Positions 27,201-40,249 of a DNA stretch of 64,000 bases are shown here, piece after piece; within the stretch, counting starts at the first letter, position 1; each line of letters starts with the position of its first letter. The stretch is from positions 992,001 to 1,056,000 of the forward strand of contig JAQGDQ010000014.1 of assembly GCA_030141605.1 (NCBI GenBank). Direction: 5' to 3'. This DNA comes from Tubiluchus corallicola (lineage: Eukaryota > Animalia > Priapulida). The notes under the pieces are model-generated. The model searched no databases. It was given only the letters and a program-made list of their open reading frames with translations, and had not been told where the DNA came from. A program made the position numbers and the translations under genes.

Positions 27201-28108
27201 AAATTCACTATATTTTATGATCCAAACTGAAATTTCAAAACAGTACATTTTTGAAATTTCAGTCTATGTAGCCAATTATTAGGAGTTGTTTATATATATA
27301 TGTATTTTTAGAGAATTTCAAAATAAAATTTCCATTTTAGTTTGCAGGGAAAACTGTTAAATAATTTTGCATTTTTTAATCCATTTGACATCTGCATAAC
27401 ATTTAATTATATACAGTATTATTATGACAAATGCAATGTGTTACAGTCAAGACCATTTAACACATGTCTAGTGAATTTTGAATCATGTAAGCTCAAACAT
27501 GAAATCTCGAGGTTTGATGGGTTTTTTCCATATGTAAATAGTCAGAAACCCATAATTCTTATTATGCTTCATCTAACTCACAGTAATTTCTGCTGTTCTT
27601 CAGAGAAAAATGTTAAGTGGAGTTGTCTGTATACCACATCAAATCAACTGCACTGCCTTGCTAAACAAATTTTGGGATAGAATATCAGCTAAGCATGGAA
27701 AATCATGTATCATCATAATAACAAAAAATATGAATCTTTAGTATAAAAAGAAGCACTTAAGATACATAAAACTTTAGTCTTATTGATGGTAATAAGACTA
27801 GTATGAGTAATCTGGTAAAAACAGAACAGTCAAAGTTTTTTTGTCAATGAGTCATTTCCTCCATCAAAGACTAACAACCTGTCTACTAATTTTTGTCCTT
27901 ATATGGTAACTTATTCAGATATTCACCTGAAAATTTTGCAAGATAAGAATTATTAATTTCATATTGTAATGATGAGAAGACCACTAAAATTCTGTAACTT
28001 GCGGTTTATTCTTGTCTGCATAAGACCTTACTCAATTTGCTTGCTAGCTGTTCCCCTGGGTTTAATTTTGATTACAGACCAGTATTAATAAATACAATCT
28101 TAAAAATA

Positions 28109-30598
28109 CTACATATTTGTTTCATTACTCCCTTTTGGTAAATCTGGATATTGGGGTGGGTAAGCTTCATCCTGCTTTCTCAAAGGGTGCATCTCCTCAG
28201 CATCGTGTGCATCTCCTGAATGCTTTCGCTGTAAGGGACTGCTCATACGGCGTGCTGGATCCGGATCTTGTACTTCCAGTTCATGTCTTGATAAATGTTC
28301 TACTATGCCGGCACCAAAAGAATCTCCAAGAACATTGATAGATGTCCGTATTCGATCCCTGCACATTAAACAAAGAAATTAAAGCTAGATTTCTTAAAAG
28401 TAGTAGTAGGGCCTACAATGTCAGAATAGAATTATCCATATTTGGCAAATAAATATAACTTCATTAAAATGGAATTTATTGCCAAACTGTTTCGAACAAA
28501 GCAGTACATTATCAAAGTACCAAAAACAAAGAAATTTACCAGAATTTGGAAACAATATCGAAGTACAATTCAGTAGTTCATAGCCAAATGATGTCTGATG
28601 TAATAATTTAAATTAATAATTTAACAGTTTACTGAAGATATGTAGTCGTAAGGTAAATTGTTAAATTATCTATAGATTATGTCTATAGATAATATAGATA
28701 ACATCTATCATTATATCATTATACATTATACCTCTAACATTATACACAATACCACTATACATTATTCCATTAGTTCATGAGGCCTGCAAGAATTTTACTT
28801 TTTGGAAAATGCATTTGTATCCTGATTTTTTATTGTAGTCCTTTACCCTGAATGGCCACTGGCCTTTTTGTGTCAATTTGTGCAAAAATTCATCCTATGA
28901 AGCACTGCTGATATTCATATGTTTGGGTATAAGAATAGAGAAAATGGACATAAAATTAGACTATGGTTAGATATTGGCTATGATCTTATTTACCACTTAC
29001 AGTAATGTAATGACACTGTAATGTATACTACAAACAAGAAATTATTTATTTACCATCCCTCGTTTAACAGACAACATTAGCACTACCAGCTATTTAGTGA
29101 TACTTACAACAATACATTTACAACATACAAAACACTTACAATGCAACATATAATAACGAATAACATGTATAAGATGAAAGGTATATGCCTTGGCGTTGGC
29201 AGCCGCTAGTATAGAACTCAAGGCTGCGCGGTTGCCATCCGAAATCTGAACTACTTGGCTACCCAACTGATTACTACATTGACTACATTAACAATAAACA
29301 TCCTAATTTTTTATTGATTTCTAAGTTGCTGAAAATATTTTGATGTTTTCACTCAAGCAGGTATAGAATAACAAAATACTTACAACAGCCAATCAACAAC
29401 TACAATCATTGTAATGTCTTTTGTTGGTAATCCAACTGCTGTTAACACTAGCAACATTGTGACCAAACCAGCGCTCGGAACACTTGCCGCACCAACAGAT
29501 GCAGCCGTAGCAGTCAAACTGTAAAAAAGTTCACATAATATGATTTAATCTGCTAACTGTGGTTAGAGGCTGCATGCTTACTTATGCAAATCAGTTGAAA
29601 ATGACAAACGGCTATTAATTAAGGATAGTTAAATTGCATCATAACGGAGAAGAACAAATAACTAAAGTCGATCTGCTTCTACTGCGTGTATTACTACATA
29701 TTACTTGCAAAAATCTTGATAAAAAACTGCATCAATGCAGATAAGCAAATTTATGAGCATGCTAAAGTATACAAGAATAATTATATATATATATCAAATA
29801 ATGATTTTAATTTTTGAAATGAAGTGAATTTTGTGATTTAAGACAAACGTAATGAAATTAAGTTACTTAGATGTTTAAAAAGTAGCAAAATGCAGATGCC
29901 ATAGTGGCAATGATTTTCAGCTCAGGCCTATACAAAAATTAGTTAGAAAAATGAAAACATTGGTATGATGACACAAACACGTGTTTTAGTTTTTCTCTAG
30001 TAGCTGCCTCTGCTTCTTTGGCTAAAACTATCCTGATTTCTCAAAGTCTGACACCTACACAGGTATTACAGAGGTACATGTACAATGTTCTTGAGAAAAA
30101 ATACCTGACTGTTATAATCTCTCCGGGTGTTAATGGTATCTTGTTCATCTGAGCAATGAAAATTGCTGCAACAGCTTCATAAAGTGCTGTACCATCCATA
30201 TTCACAGTTGCTCCAATAGGCAATACAAACCGTGTGACACGCTTGTCAATTCCCAAGTTGTCTTCCAAGCATCGAAATGTCACTGGCAATGTGGCTGCGC
30301 TGGAAGCACAAAGTGAACAATAGTGTTATTCGTGTATGTTTTCTTTTCCTTCTTTTACAGTTAGCCTCATGATTATAATAATAATTTACGACAAAAATGA
30401 TGTTAATAATAATGATAATGATAATGATAACGATAACAATAATGGTAATGATAATGATAATGATAATATTATGATAATTATAACAATAATAATAATAACA
30501 ATAATGGTAATGATAATGATAATATTAATGATAAATGTAACAATAATAATAATAACACTAATGATAATGCTAATGATGATGATGATGATGATGATGAC

Positions 30599-30671
<73 letters not shown>

Positions 30672-31650
30672 GTAATAGTAATGGCAATAATAAAATAACT
30701 TTGCTGACATATTGACTTTAATGACTTTGCTGACAAATTAATGCTCTGATATAATCAAAAATTAACAAAACTGTTCTCATTGAAGTGGTATCATACCTTG
30801 ATGCTGTGCCAATAGCTGTAATCCATGCTTGAAGCATGCCCTTGAAAAACGTCAATGGATTCTTGCGAGTTATTGCAAAGTAAATGCCAGGAAGTACAAG
30901 GAGGGCATGGATAGCTAATCCCACAATAACAGTGAGCATATACATGCCAAGCTGGCGACCTGTTGTTGCCAAATCTTCAATTTCCATTATCTTTCCAATG
31001 ATCAGAAACATAATACCAAAAGGAGAATACCTGGAATACCAAGATCAGGATAAAAGTAAAGACAATTAAAATTGAAAGTCTTAGTAAGAGAGATTGCACA
31101 TATGCAATAAGAAGGCAAAAACAACTTTATTTGCAATATAAATACTCATCATCACAATAAAAGTGAGATAATAAAACAATGACATTTATATAAGTCATTC
31201 ATATGTACCAAAATATAGACTGTTTCTGAAATGTTACTACAGTATTCTTGAACTGCTGACCCTAGAATAAGATATAATAAAATAGAGTCAGTTAAATGAA
31301 AATGTGAAAACTCAAACAAAATGGGATTCTATCAAGTTTGTGCCATTTACACCACAAATGAATTACTTACCACATGACTAGTATAACAACACGCATGATG
31401 ACGTCATTGAGTACATTAAAAAAGTCAACCATCAGTTTGCCTTCTGCTCCCATTGAACTTATCATGATACCAAATGCCGTGCAGAAGGCAATTAAACCTG
31501 ACAAAGGAAATGGCATTAATTTATTTTAGTAAATTATGGCATAAAATTTAAAAATTTGACTGCTTAAAGATTTTCTTTTTTATGGATGAGCACTTTTTAA
31601 CATGTTTACAAATTAAATGAATGATACATACATACACTCACACAAGCACG

Positions 31651-31716
<66 letters not shown>

Positions 31717-34700
31717 TATAATTTATTATATTTAAAATATACCTATAAATGCCTATAATTAGTACATATGCCTATAAATAAATTTTAAATAGTAATTAGG
31801 CACAAATGCATTTTTATATGGTTGGTTTTTCGACATAGGCTGAAGCCACTGCACTATGAAACTGACAAGGTTTAGGTTTGCTTCTGACCTAGACTTCATA
31901 GACTATAATCCTATAGCTACCAAATACCAACTAATTTTTCTCATAATTTATTTATTTGTAAGTTACTGAATTTTGCATTTAATATTTTTTCCTTAATATT
32001 TCCACCACACCGATGTAATTAGATGTACTTTAAGCAAAACAATTTTGAATAAAGGTAAAGAAGCATAAACTCCATAATAAAACTGAAAAGAAGTCCCTCA
32101 GAAAATATGCAATTAAAATTAACATAAAATTAACTATATCAACAGTTGCTATAACATGAGTAAACTGAAATTAATGTGGCTGCTATGTTAAATCTCAGTT
32201 AGCCTAAGCTTTGAAATTCAGATTCAGGTACACCTCCTATCCATCTTTTTTTGGCTTTGATTTCATTTGCCCTTCATCAAAAAACTGTGAGTTTATATTG
32301 TGCCACTATTTTACTGTCTACCAACTTCTAGGGAGATGAAATTATTACCTAAAATATTGGTACCACCCTTAAAGCCAACCTCACGAACCTTCTTGGTACC
32401 ATTAACAATCCATTTTTCTACCATTTCTGGCTTTTCACCCTCAATAGGTGGTGCCACAGTAGCATTTTCTGTCCAATCCGGATTCTTTACTATAATATCC
32501 TCATCAACATACTCAGTTTGTGCTTGTTGAAAACAAGCCTGAACCAAGTTGTCTGGAAACAAGTTTCTGAAAGAAAATACAATATGAAATTAGCCTAGTT
32601 TAAATAGTAATTAATTAGTTTGTCAAGTCATTTCATTTCTGGGCATGTTTGTTTTGTGAATGTGTAGTTTGGTCTTCTCACATCCTTTGGTTATTTGGCA
32701 TATGTTGTCAATTGATTTGAGCTATTGCCAAAAAAGACAATTTATACAGGCATTCACAGAATTATAAAAAAGAAAACAACTTTTATTAAAAGCTTTAAGA
32801 TATAAAATGTTAAAAACATGTCTCATACCTTTCAACTACAGCCTGCAGTCATATAATTACAGTGACACACTGCATAAACAAACAACCAGTTTTATAGGCA
32901 GAGCCTACAGAAATTCACTAATTATGTATTTACAAGGAAACCAAATATGTAAAGAATTAACTAACCTGTAGAGAAGAAAGAGATACAGTAAATGTATAGC
33001 TGGACGTTTGTAAATAAGGTTAAAGGAACTGAACTACGTTGCGCGTTAAGAAAAGGCTTGTTAGCATACATAGATAAACTTTCTTATATTAATAGGTCCC
33101 AATTATTTGTAGCCTAGGCCACAATGCTGAAACTATTAAAATCAACCTTGTGGCCAGATAGACAGATATGCTCAGACTATACTAGACTGAGGAGGATTTT
33201 TTAATTCTGTGCCTGTTCTAGAAGTTTAAATGAGGGGTTTTCAGTTGTTCACATATTATTAAAGTATCAGGACGTTTTGTCTAGGTATGCAGCATTACAG
33301 CTGCCATACTGAAATCTATAAACAATATCAGACTGTAAGAATGTTGGTATTTTGTCTTTAAATGGAAAGAAAGAGCCTAAACCATTGCCAGACAAATTCT
33401 AGGCATTTTTTTGAAAACTGAGAATTGAAGGTTTTTGTTCTCATAAACTACACGAACTTCCTAAAACAAACCTGATCAAATCCAAAAAAGCATCAAGAGT
33501 TGACACAGTTCGGTTCTCTGTATCACTAGGAAGTTCTTCCCTTATTCTAGGGTCACCCGGATGTATCAATACGACTAAGACAATACCAATGATGGCAGCA
33601 ATGAGTGTGGTGCACAGGTAGTAAAGCAATGCACGTGAGCCCATTTTTCCAGAAGTGCTAGCATCCAGTCCAGCCAGACCTGAAAGGGTAACAATCGACA
33701 ATTTGACCGGCACAAATGTAAATCAGAGGTGAGGAAATTAGAGGTGAATACAGTCGCGGAATCTATACTGCACGGCTTTAATATACTTTTTTCATTTGCT
33801 TTTTTTGTGTTTAATTTGAAAAACAAAATACGATTCCTAGGTATGTTGCTTTCAGTCAGTGCTTGACTGCTTGTTCTTTACAGCCTTGACTACTGAGTGC
33901 ATTTTAGCACTTTAAAACAGAAGTGTATAAACTGACATAGTCACTGTTTAAAATGTGTCAGTGTAAATTTAAAGCACAAGAAAGCCCTTTGTTTATATAA
34001 AGCTAAAAAAAATTTGTCTTGAAATTTCGTATCGTCTACATTTTGTGTTATTGCACACAGAGCTTGTATTAGCATCAACGCTGTTACAAAACTTGAAAAT
34101 TTAAATGCCTACGATGACAGTTAGAAGCAGCCATTTTGTGGTATCATGTGAAACAAGTTCAGATAACATCGCTTAAATTTTCAAAACATAATCAGAGCAC
34201 ACTGCACTCACTAAGCAATATAATAAATAACCGTATCTTGTCAATAAGATTAAAAGTACGTTTTTTGGTGAGTCAGCAGTACACACTGGGAAGGTGGGTC
34301 AGTGACATTTTACCAGTTGGCGAGAATATTTTAAATTACTAAAATTGTCTTTTCTAGTTGCCTTTCTAGTTGTCTTTTCTAAAGTATTTTTATGCAGGTA
34401 AGCGTAATGATAATTAATCTAACTTTGCTTGTAAAGTTTTTTGGGACATTCTTTCAAATTCCTTTTCGCCCTTTTTAAGTCAGCGTGAAGCAAATAGATG
34501 ATGATTATGATAATTTACATAGACATTAGAGTGAATGATTAGACAATTTTACATAGACATTACAGTGAATTCCACAATATTACATTTATGCATTCTATAA
34601 TTAGCTTTTTTAATTTGTGCATATAACATTATTTTCAGTGATGTTAAGCAATGAGTATTGAAGTGCCTACTAAAATCAAGGTTATTAATGCAGCAAGCTT

Positions 34701-37700
34701 CCTGTGAGGTAACATAAAAATGTTGATAGATTGATATACCAAATTACTAAATTCCAAATTCAATATTTAAATCCACTAGAGTTACAATCAGTAATCTCAA
34801 GAACTACACAAATTTAATCCCTATTTTACGAAAAATTAACAGCAAGATCTTAAAATGAAAGGGTCCTTTACAAAGTAGGTTAGTGCCGATATAAAATTTT
34901 CATTTTTGGTCCAATACACAAGATTTAAATTCTCATTTCCCAGTTCATTTAGTAGTGCATATCGCCTGTTTGCATTGACTCGGGGACATCGGTATATCAA
35001 ATGTTCTGGATTCTGGGCTTCCATACAACATTCACACAGCTCATCTCCAGCAAATCCAATATGACTCAGCGACTCAGCAATATTATTAGCATAATAATAA
35101 CCAAAATTCAGTCTGGCATTTAATGAGAGACTACGCCCAATACAACAAACATTCATACTTAATCGACTTAGCAAAAATGAACTGGACCTCCATATATATG
35201 ACTGATAAAATAGATACACAAGTTAATATTCTGACATATAATGTCGAATATTGCCTTAATGTACATGCACCATATAAAAACGTAAAGCAAATCCCACAAC
35301 AAAGCAAACTCAATAACGAAAGTACCTGGACAACACCTGAACTTGACAAACTAAGAATAGCGAAAAACAGAATGTATAATATATGGGAAAAGAACAAAAC
35401 TAAAAACAATCATAACAATTATAAAAAAAAGAGAAATCAATTTAATAATCTTAATAAATGCTTGAAAAATAAACATATACAACAACAATGTAAAAACGCA
35501 ACAAATACCAAAGAAAAATGGAAAATTATTAACAATGTAATAAATAAATGCCGTAACAAACTAACGCGTGTTGATGAAATTAAGATCAACAACACTGTTA
35601 TTACAAAACCCAAAGATATTGCCAACGCGCTAAATGCAATATTCCTGAATCTTGGAAATTTTAAGGGAGTGGCTTCTCATATTAGCAATAATATAATTAA
35701 TAAATTAAAAAACAAATCGTCTAACACAGTATTCTCATTCAAAAGCGTCACAGTAGGAGAAATTAACGACATATTAAATAACCTAAGTTCCAACAAAGGG
35801 AGTGGACCATCAGATATTCCTATCAAAATTCTAAAAGATAGCGCATCTGTAATAGCCCCGCATATGACTTACATTGCTAATCAGATAATTATGAGAGGCG
35901 AATTTCCAACGGTATGTAAAATGGCAAACGTGACTCCAATCCATAAAAAAGATCCAAAATGTGATCCCATGAATTATCGCCCAATTTCCGTAATCCATTG
36001 TTTCGGCAAAGTTTGGGAAAGGGTAATTTATGATCAGATAAATTCATATGTAAATAAACATGAACTTTTATCAAAACATCAGTTTGGCTTCCGTAAACAC
36101 CATTCAACCATTGACGCCCTAATACACACAACAGAAAATTGGAGACATAGTTTAGACAACAAGCAATACATTTTAGCAGCATTTTTGGATTTAAGTAAAG
36201 CTTTCGATAGCATTAATCACGAACTACTTTACGATAATTTAAAACAAATCGGATTAGATTCGATATCGTTAAAACTGATACAAAATTATCTCAAAGATAG
36301 ACAACAACGAGTAAAGTTAGATACAACCAACTTTTCTGACTGGGCCACGTTAAACAGAGGTATACCGCAAGGAACACTACTAGGTCCGTTATTATTTTGC
36401 CTATATATAAACAACATATCCAGTGTATTAAAACACTCACAAATAACGCAATACGCTGATGACACTACAATCTACATAGCCCATGAAAATGTCCAAACTG
36501 CAAAAAATTATTTAGAAGAAGATATAAAAAATATAAATATGGCATTTAGTCATTACAAGCTAAAAATGAATAATGACAAAACAGAATTCATGATACTGTC
36601 ACCCTCATTAAATACTAATGATGCATCATCAACCACTTTGACAATAGATAATGCTGTAATCAAACAAACTAACAATGTTAAATTCCTGGGCATACAAGTA
36701 GACAATAATCTTTCATGGGATGATCACTTTAATAACATATACACAAAAATGGCATCTAGCACATCATATCTCCGACAAGTTAAAGGGCAACTAACAAAGG
36801 AAACTAAAACACTAATATATAAAACTTTAGTTCTACCACACTTCTTATATGGATGTACGCTACTTCAAAAAACCAAAAGAGAAAATTACTTAAAATTAAA
36901 TCTCCTTCAAAACTATGCGTTGAGATTGATAGCTGGGTACTCATACAAACACAAGGCAGGTAGACAAAAATTCAAAGCTTCAACAACTAACCTGAGAAAA
37001 ACTTTAAAATTCCCAATCATTGAAGCACACAAAGAATATTTTACTCTGCTTTTTATATTTAAATACATTAACAACATCAGCAAACCATTCCAGAATAACA
37101 GATTTACCTTTTTTCCAAATCCTATCGTTAATTCCAGAACATTCAATCTAAAACAAATTAGGACAAATACCCACTATGGAACGAACTCTGTAATCAAACA
37201 AGCAATTTTACTTTGGAATTCTCTACCATTACAGGTTAAACAAATCAAGTCCCTATCAGCGTTTAAAACAAAATTAAAATCACTAATATTAACCAGATAT
37301 GAAATACCATCACACCAGTACGACAACATACACACTAATTCCGAATTCATATACCCACGGCCATATTAATTAAATCATAGTTTTTTTTTTTTTTATATTT
37401 TTTTGTGTATAGTTGTAAATATGTTTGATTTTATTCATCATTACTGCACAGTAGTTTAGATTGCACTGACGCATTTGCCTTCAGCAGTGTAAGTTTTTAT
37501 TAACTAACACTGATTGATTATCTCTATAAAGTTTTTATCAGTGATTATCAATGTTTTTAATGGCAAATAAAGATTATTATATATATATATATAACTCATT
37601 AAAATTTCCCTGTCCAGTCAATAATCTAACTGCTGCTATTTCTACTTTTCTTTCGGATTTTCCAACTTTTAACGTAAGAGTCTGATCTAAATTTTTATGT

Positions 37701-38379
37701 GACAAATTGGCTGTAGTATCCACACGCAGCTGATCATTTGTTTTCAGTTTATTACTCCATTTCATATTTAAATAGGATTGTATATAATTTTGACGGTAGT
37801 GAAACACGCTTTGTTGTAACTCTGCCACACGTTCGGAGCGAATATCAACATGTTTAATTACGTTCAAGACGTCTCGTACGTTGCTCATATGTAGCCGAAG
37901 CAAATAGAAAGTTGCGAAAAAGTTCACTGACTGCATTAAACGAAGGGAAAGTTGTTAAATACACCAAATCAAAAAAAGTGTATGTAGATGAAAATGGTTA
38001 AGAACTACAAGTGCTAACAACACAGTACAATACAAATCTTTTACAAACTGATTAAAAACAATACATTATAATAAAAGCTAATAATCTCGTTAAACTTCTT
38101 TTAAACGAATTCAATCTTAACTAAAATTAATCTGCAGTGTTTTAATTGATTTATAATTATACCGGCAATTAGAGAAGAAATGATAAGTGGCAGAATCATC
38201 ATCTTCAACATCCTCATTAAAATGTCTCCAGGAAACGATACGAGCATGATAGTGTCTTCTGTGTAGTCCGCATATCTCACCAAAAAACCAATTATAATTC
38301 CTAACACAACACCCGTTATTGTCATTATTAGCAAGAGGTTGTCTCTCAGCCATCCTTTGCATGACGTAGCAGCAGCCAT
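28109..38379 (-). CDS. SLC1A2: Excitatory amino acid (glutamate) transporter, SLC1 family, EAAT2/GLT-1-like; 8 core coding exons
   Basis: Exons 38163-38382 (ATG at 38379), 33472-33679, 32349-32566, 31371-31497, 30797-31030, 30105-30299, 29384-29518, 28109-28358; 1584 nt from the ATG (527 aa + stop). Motifs [105 protein letters not shown] (the substrate Arg is present). SLC1 family is certain; EAAT2 orthology is inferred from TASS/RTSINV-type residues. Confidence 0.93.
29045..29267 (-). mobile_element. tRNA-derived SINE, copy 1
   Basis: Minus strand gttgggtagccaagtagttcagatttcggatggcaacc...gagttctatac...ctaaatagctggtagtgctaatgttgtctgttaaacgagggatggtaaataaa aligns end to end with the copy at 63488-63682. 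Confidence 0.6.
30370..30697. repeat. Compound (AAT/GAT)n trinucleotide microsatellite in an SLC1 intron
   Basis: Direct reading; it explains the spurious poly-I/M/S/L ORFs here. Confidence 0.95.
31655..31711. repeat. (CA)n microsatellite
   Basis: Direct reading. Confidence 0.95.
35077..37593 (+). mobile_element. Young 5'-truncated CR1/L2(Crack-like) LINE in an SLC1 intron
   Basis: Intact RT ORF, 3'UTR, tail ggcaaataaagattatt(at)n. 5-bp TSD ACTCA at 35072-35076 and 37594-37598. Confidence 0.85.
35123..37369 (+). CDS. Non-LTR retrotransposon reverse transcriptase (ORF2 lacking the N-terminal endonuclease)
   Basis: 748-aa open frame with [49 protein letters not shown] and the C-terminal LWNSLP...FKTKLK typical of the CR1/L2 group. 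Confidence 0.92.
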   Translation: MRDYAQYNKHSYLIDLAKMNWTSIYMTDKIDTQVNILTYNVEYCLNVHAPYKNVKQIPQQSKLNNESTWTTPELDKLRIAKNRMYNIWEKNKTKNNHNNYKKKRNQFNNLNKCLKNKHIQQQCKNATNTKEKWKIINNVINKCRNKLTRVDEIKINNTVITKPKDIANALNAIFLNLGNFKGVASHISNNIINKLKNKSSNTVFSFKSVTVGEINDILNNLSSNKGSGPSDIPIKILKDSASVIAPHMTYIANQIIMRGEFPTVCKMANVTPIHKKDPKCDPMNYRPISVIHCFGKVWERVIYDQINSYVNKHELLSKHQFGFRKHHSTIDALIHTTENWRHSLDNKQYILAAFLDLSKAFDSINHELLYDNLKQIGLDSISLKLIQNYLKDRQQRVKLDTTNFSDWATLNRGIPQGTLLGPLLFCLYINNISSVLKHSQITQYADDTTIYIAHENVQTAKNYLEEDIKNINMAFSHYKLKMNNDKTEFMILSPSLNTNDASSTTLTIDNAVIKQTNNVKFLGIQVDNNLSWDDHFNNIYTKMASSTSYLRQVKGQLTKETKTLIYKTLVLPHFLYGCTLLQKTKRENYLKLNLLQNYALRLIAGYSYKHKAGRQKFKASTTNLRKTLKFPIIEAHKEYFTLLFIFKYINNISKPFQNNRFTFFPNPIVNSRTFNLKQIRTNTHYGTNSVIKQAILLWNSLPLQVKQIKSLSAFKTKLKSLILTRYEIPSHQYDNIHTNSEFIYPRPY

Positions 38380-38719
38380 CGCCTGTGAAAGAATCACAAT
38401 AATCAGCCTAGACGTTACACTGAACTTGATTTTCAGTGTTAAAAATAAGTTAATGTTAAAGTTAAGTATCACATGTCTATACACAGCATTGACGGTAACA
38501 CGCCACTGTAGAGAACAATGGCTTTAAACAGTGGATGCCGAAGAATACTTATTATACTAACGTGGAGATTTAACTGTTTTGATGCAGATAAAACTATGCA
38601 AAAGACTAAACTGTCTTTTTTCGTGTAGGGCCTTAATCAATGAAAGCAATTCTATTAACTACTTCCGTATTGAGAAAACAAAACTGACTAACTAATAAAT
38701 TACCATGGTTATTATTAAA

Positions 38720-38955
38720 GCAAAAATTTTGACTTCTGTGTTATTGAAATTGAGCTTAGGTCATCTCATGCGTTTGCCTGTACATCAAATAGCACAACTA
38801 CCTCTGAAACTGGTGATATTAATTTGTAATAGTATGAAAGCATTTGCCTTTAACAGTTGTGTGAATTTTATTCTCATGCTGCGATGTTCTTTTATGCTTT
38901 TATAGTTATGAATATCGATTTTTTTATGGCAAATAAAGATTATTATTATATATAT
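38720..38955 (+). mobile_element. Short 3' end of a related LINE or SINE
   Basis: Ends in tggcaaataaagattattattatatata, the same tail as at 37561-37592. The 5' boundary is uncertain. Confidence 0.5.
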
Positions 38956-40188
38956 TTTTTAGAAACGTAATGTCGCTTATTATATAGTTTATGCACTAAA
39001 AACATGCACAGCGCAAAATCCAACGGCCCAGCTCACTGGATTCCTCTAGTGATCCTCTAATATGAGACCTTCTAGCCTTGGATCGTCAGAGGTGTCTTAA
39101 CTACATTCAGTTCAATAAGAAACAGTTTCATGTGACTACCAGGCTTGGCACTGTTTAACTTTCACAGCCAAGCACAATCTGCGACCACACAATTCTGAAT
39201 TTCACTTAATCATAGTATCTTAAACTCTAGATAAATCAACTCATGGTAAACCTTAGAGGTAGATAAAGCACAATTTAGTTGAATAAATTAGAAGCCAATG
39301 GTTGTTAATCACTGAATCTAGAATCTTACTTGCTGTTAATCTTAGAATGACGATTCTAAGAAATTTGCAAATTTCGTTGGCAATGTGTTTCTTAATCAAC
39401 GAATATAATTCTACTGCTGAAAGCGGTTTCAGATTGCCTCCTATTTAGCAAACATTCCTACACTGACAAAGCTGTGAAAGGTGAGTAGTATCAGTTCAGG
39501 TGAATGCATGGATACTTCAATGATACGTACACTGAGCATTGACAATTGAGTGATCATTGTAGTAACAATGAAAAAACTATTTCTACAGCCAAGCTGGTAG
39601 GCTTCTCTAATCATATCTATTATTTCAGTAAATTAATTCTATAAAAATTTCTATGTTAGAATGGGGTTCAAAAGCTATTTTGCTACCAATAAGTTAAAAA
39701 ATGACTGCCACTGATTAAAAAAAAGTTTAATGAACACGTAAGTATCGAATTATAATTTATGTAATTATACTAGAAAATGATACCCTGTTACCTGTGGTAA
39801 ACGTGTATGGACATCACTGTCTAGATTCATTATTTCATTATCCAAGTCATCCTCCTTTTGTAGCGTTAAAATAAAAGGTGCAGCGGTAAAAATAATTTTA
39901 TTTCTTCACATCCAAACAGATCTATATGTACCGCCCACTTTTTTATAAATGCATGTACCCACTAAATGTACACCATGATACTCATGCACATGTACGTCAA
40001 GCACAGTTGTTATGAATTAACAATTTTTTTACAAAATTGTGTTGACAATTGATATTATAATATATAAAGTTTCAGATTTTTAGATGATAACTAGTTTACA
40101 AACTTGTTTAGGCAGAGGCTGACTGTCAGATCAAATCTTTGCAAATGAACTTATTATAATGAAAATTAAATTTTAAAACCATACTCAC

Positions 40189-40249
40189 TCGTTGCCTTGG
40201 TGGTCGAACAACTGCGTTCTCCCCCGTCATATTATCCGCTTGTTACTTC
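40189..40249 (-). CDS. Candidate upstream coding exon of the SLC1 gene (MTGENAVVRPPRQR)
   Basis: Acceptor tttttgtag, ATG at 40230, 14 codons, donor gtgagt. Phase 0 matches the acceptor at 38382. Confidence 0.55.

Larger units (their letters stand above)
34836..37936 (-). mobile_element. 3' fragment of an I/R1-group LINE (C-terminal CCHC domain), split by a younger LINE insertion
   Basis: Joining 37936-37594 to 35071-34836 gives a continuous ORF: [19 protein letters not shown]|[30 protein letters not shown]. This is the RL.TGH...C.C...H....CP zinc-knuckle signature. Confidence 0.75.

Noticed and set aside
30336-30736. Poly-Ile/Met/Ser/Leu ORFs (also 19721-20107, 42063-42532, 57618-57818)
   Set aside because: Translations of microsatellites.
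35077-35125. Twin-priming 5' inversion of the CR1-like LINE
   Set aside because: The inverted coding sequence to the left continues on the right side of the LINE across an ACTCA TSD, so it is a pre-existing host element rather than an inversion.
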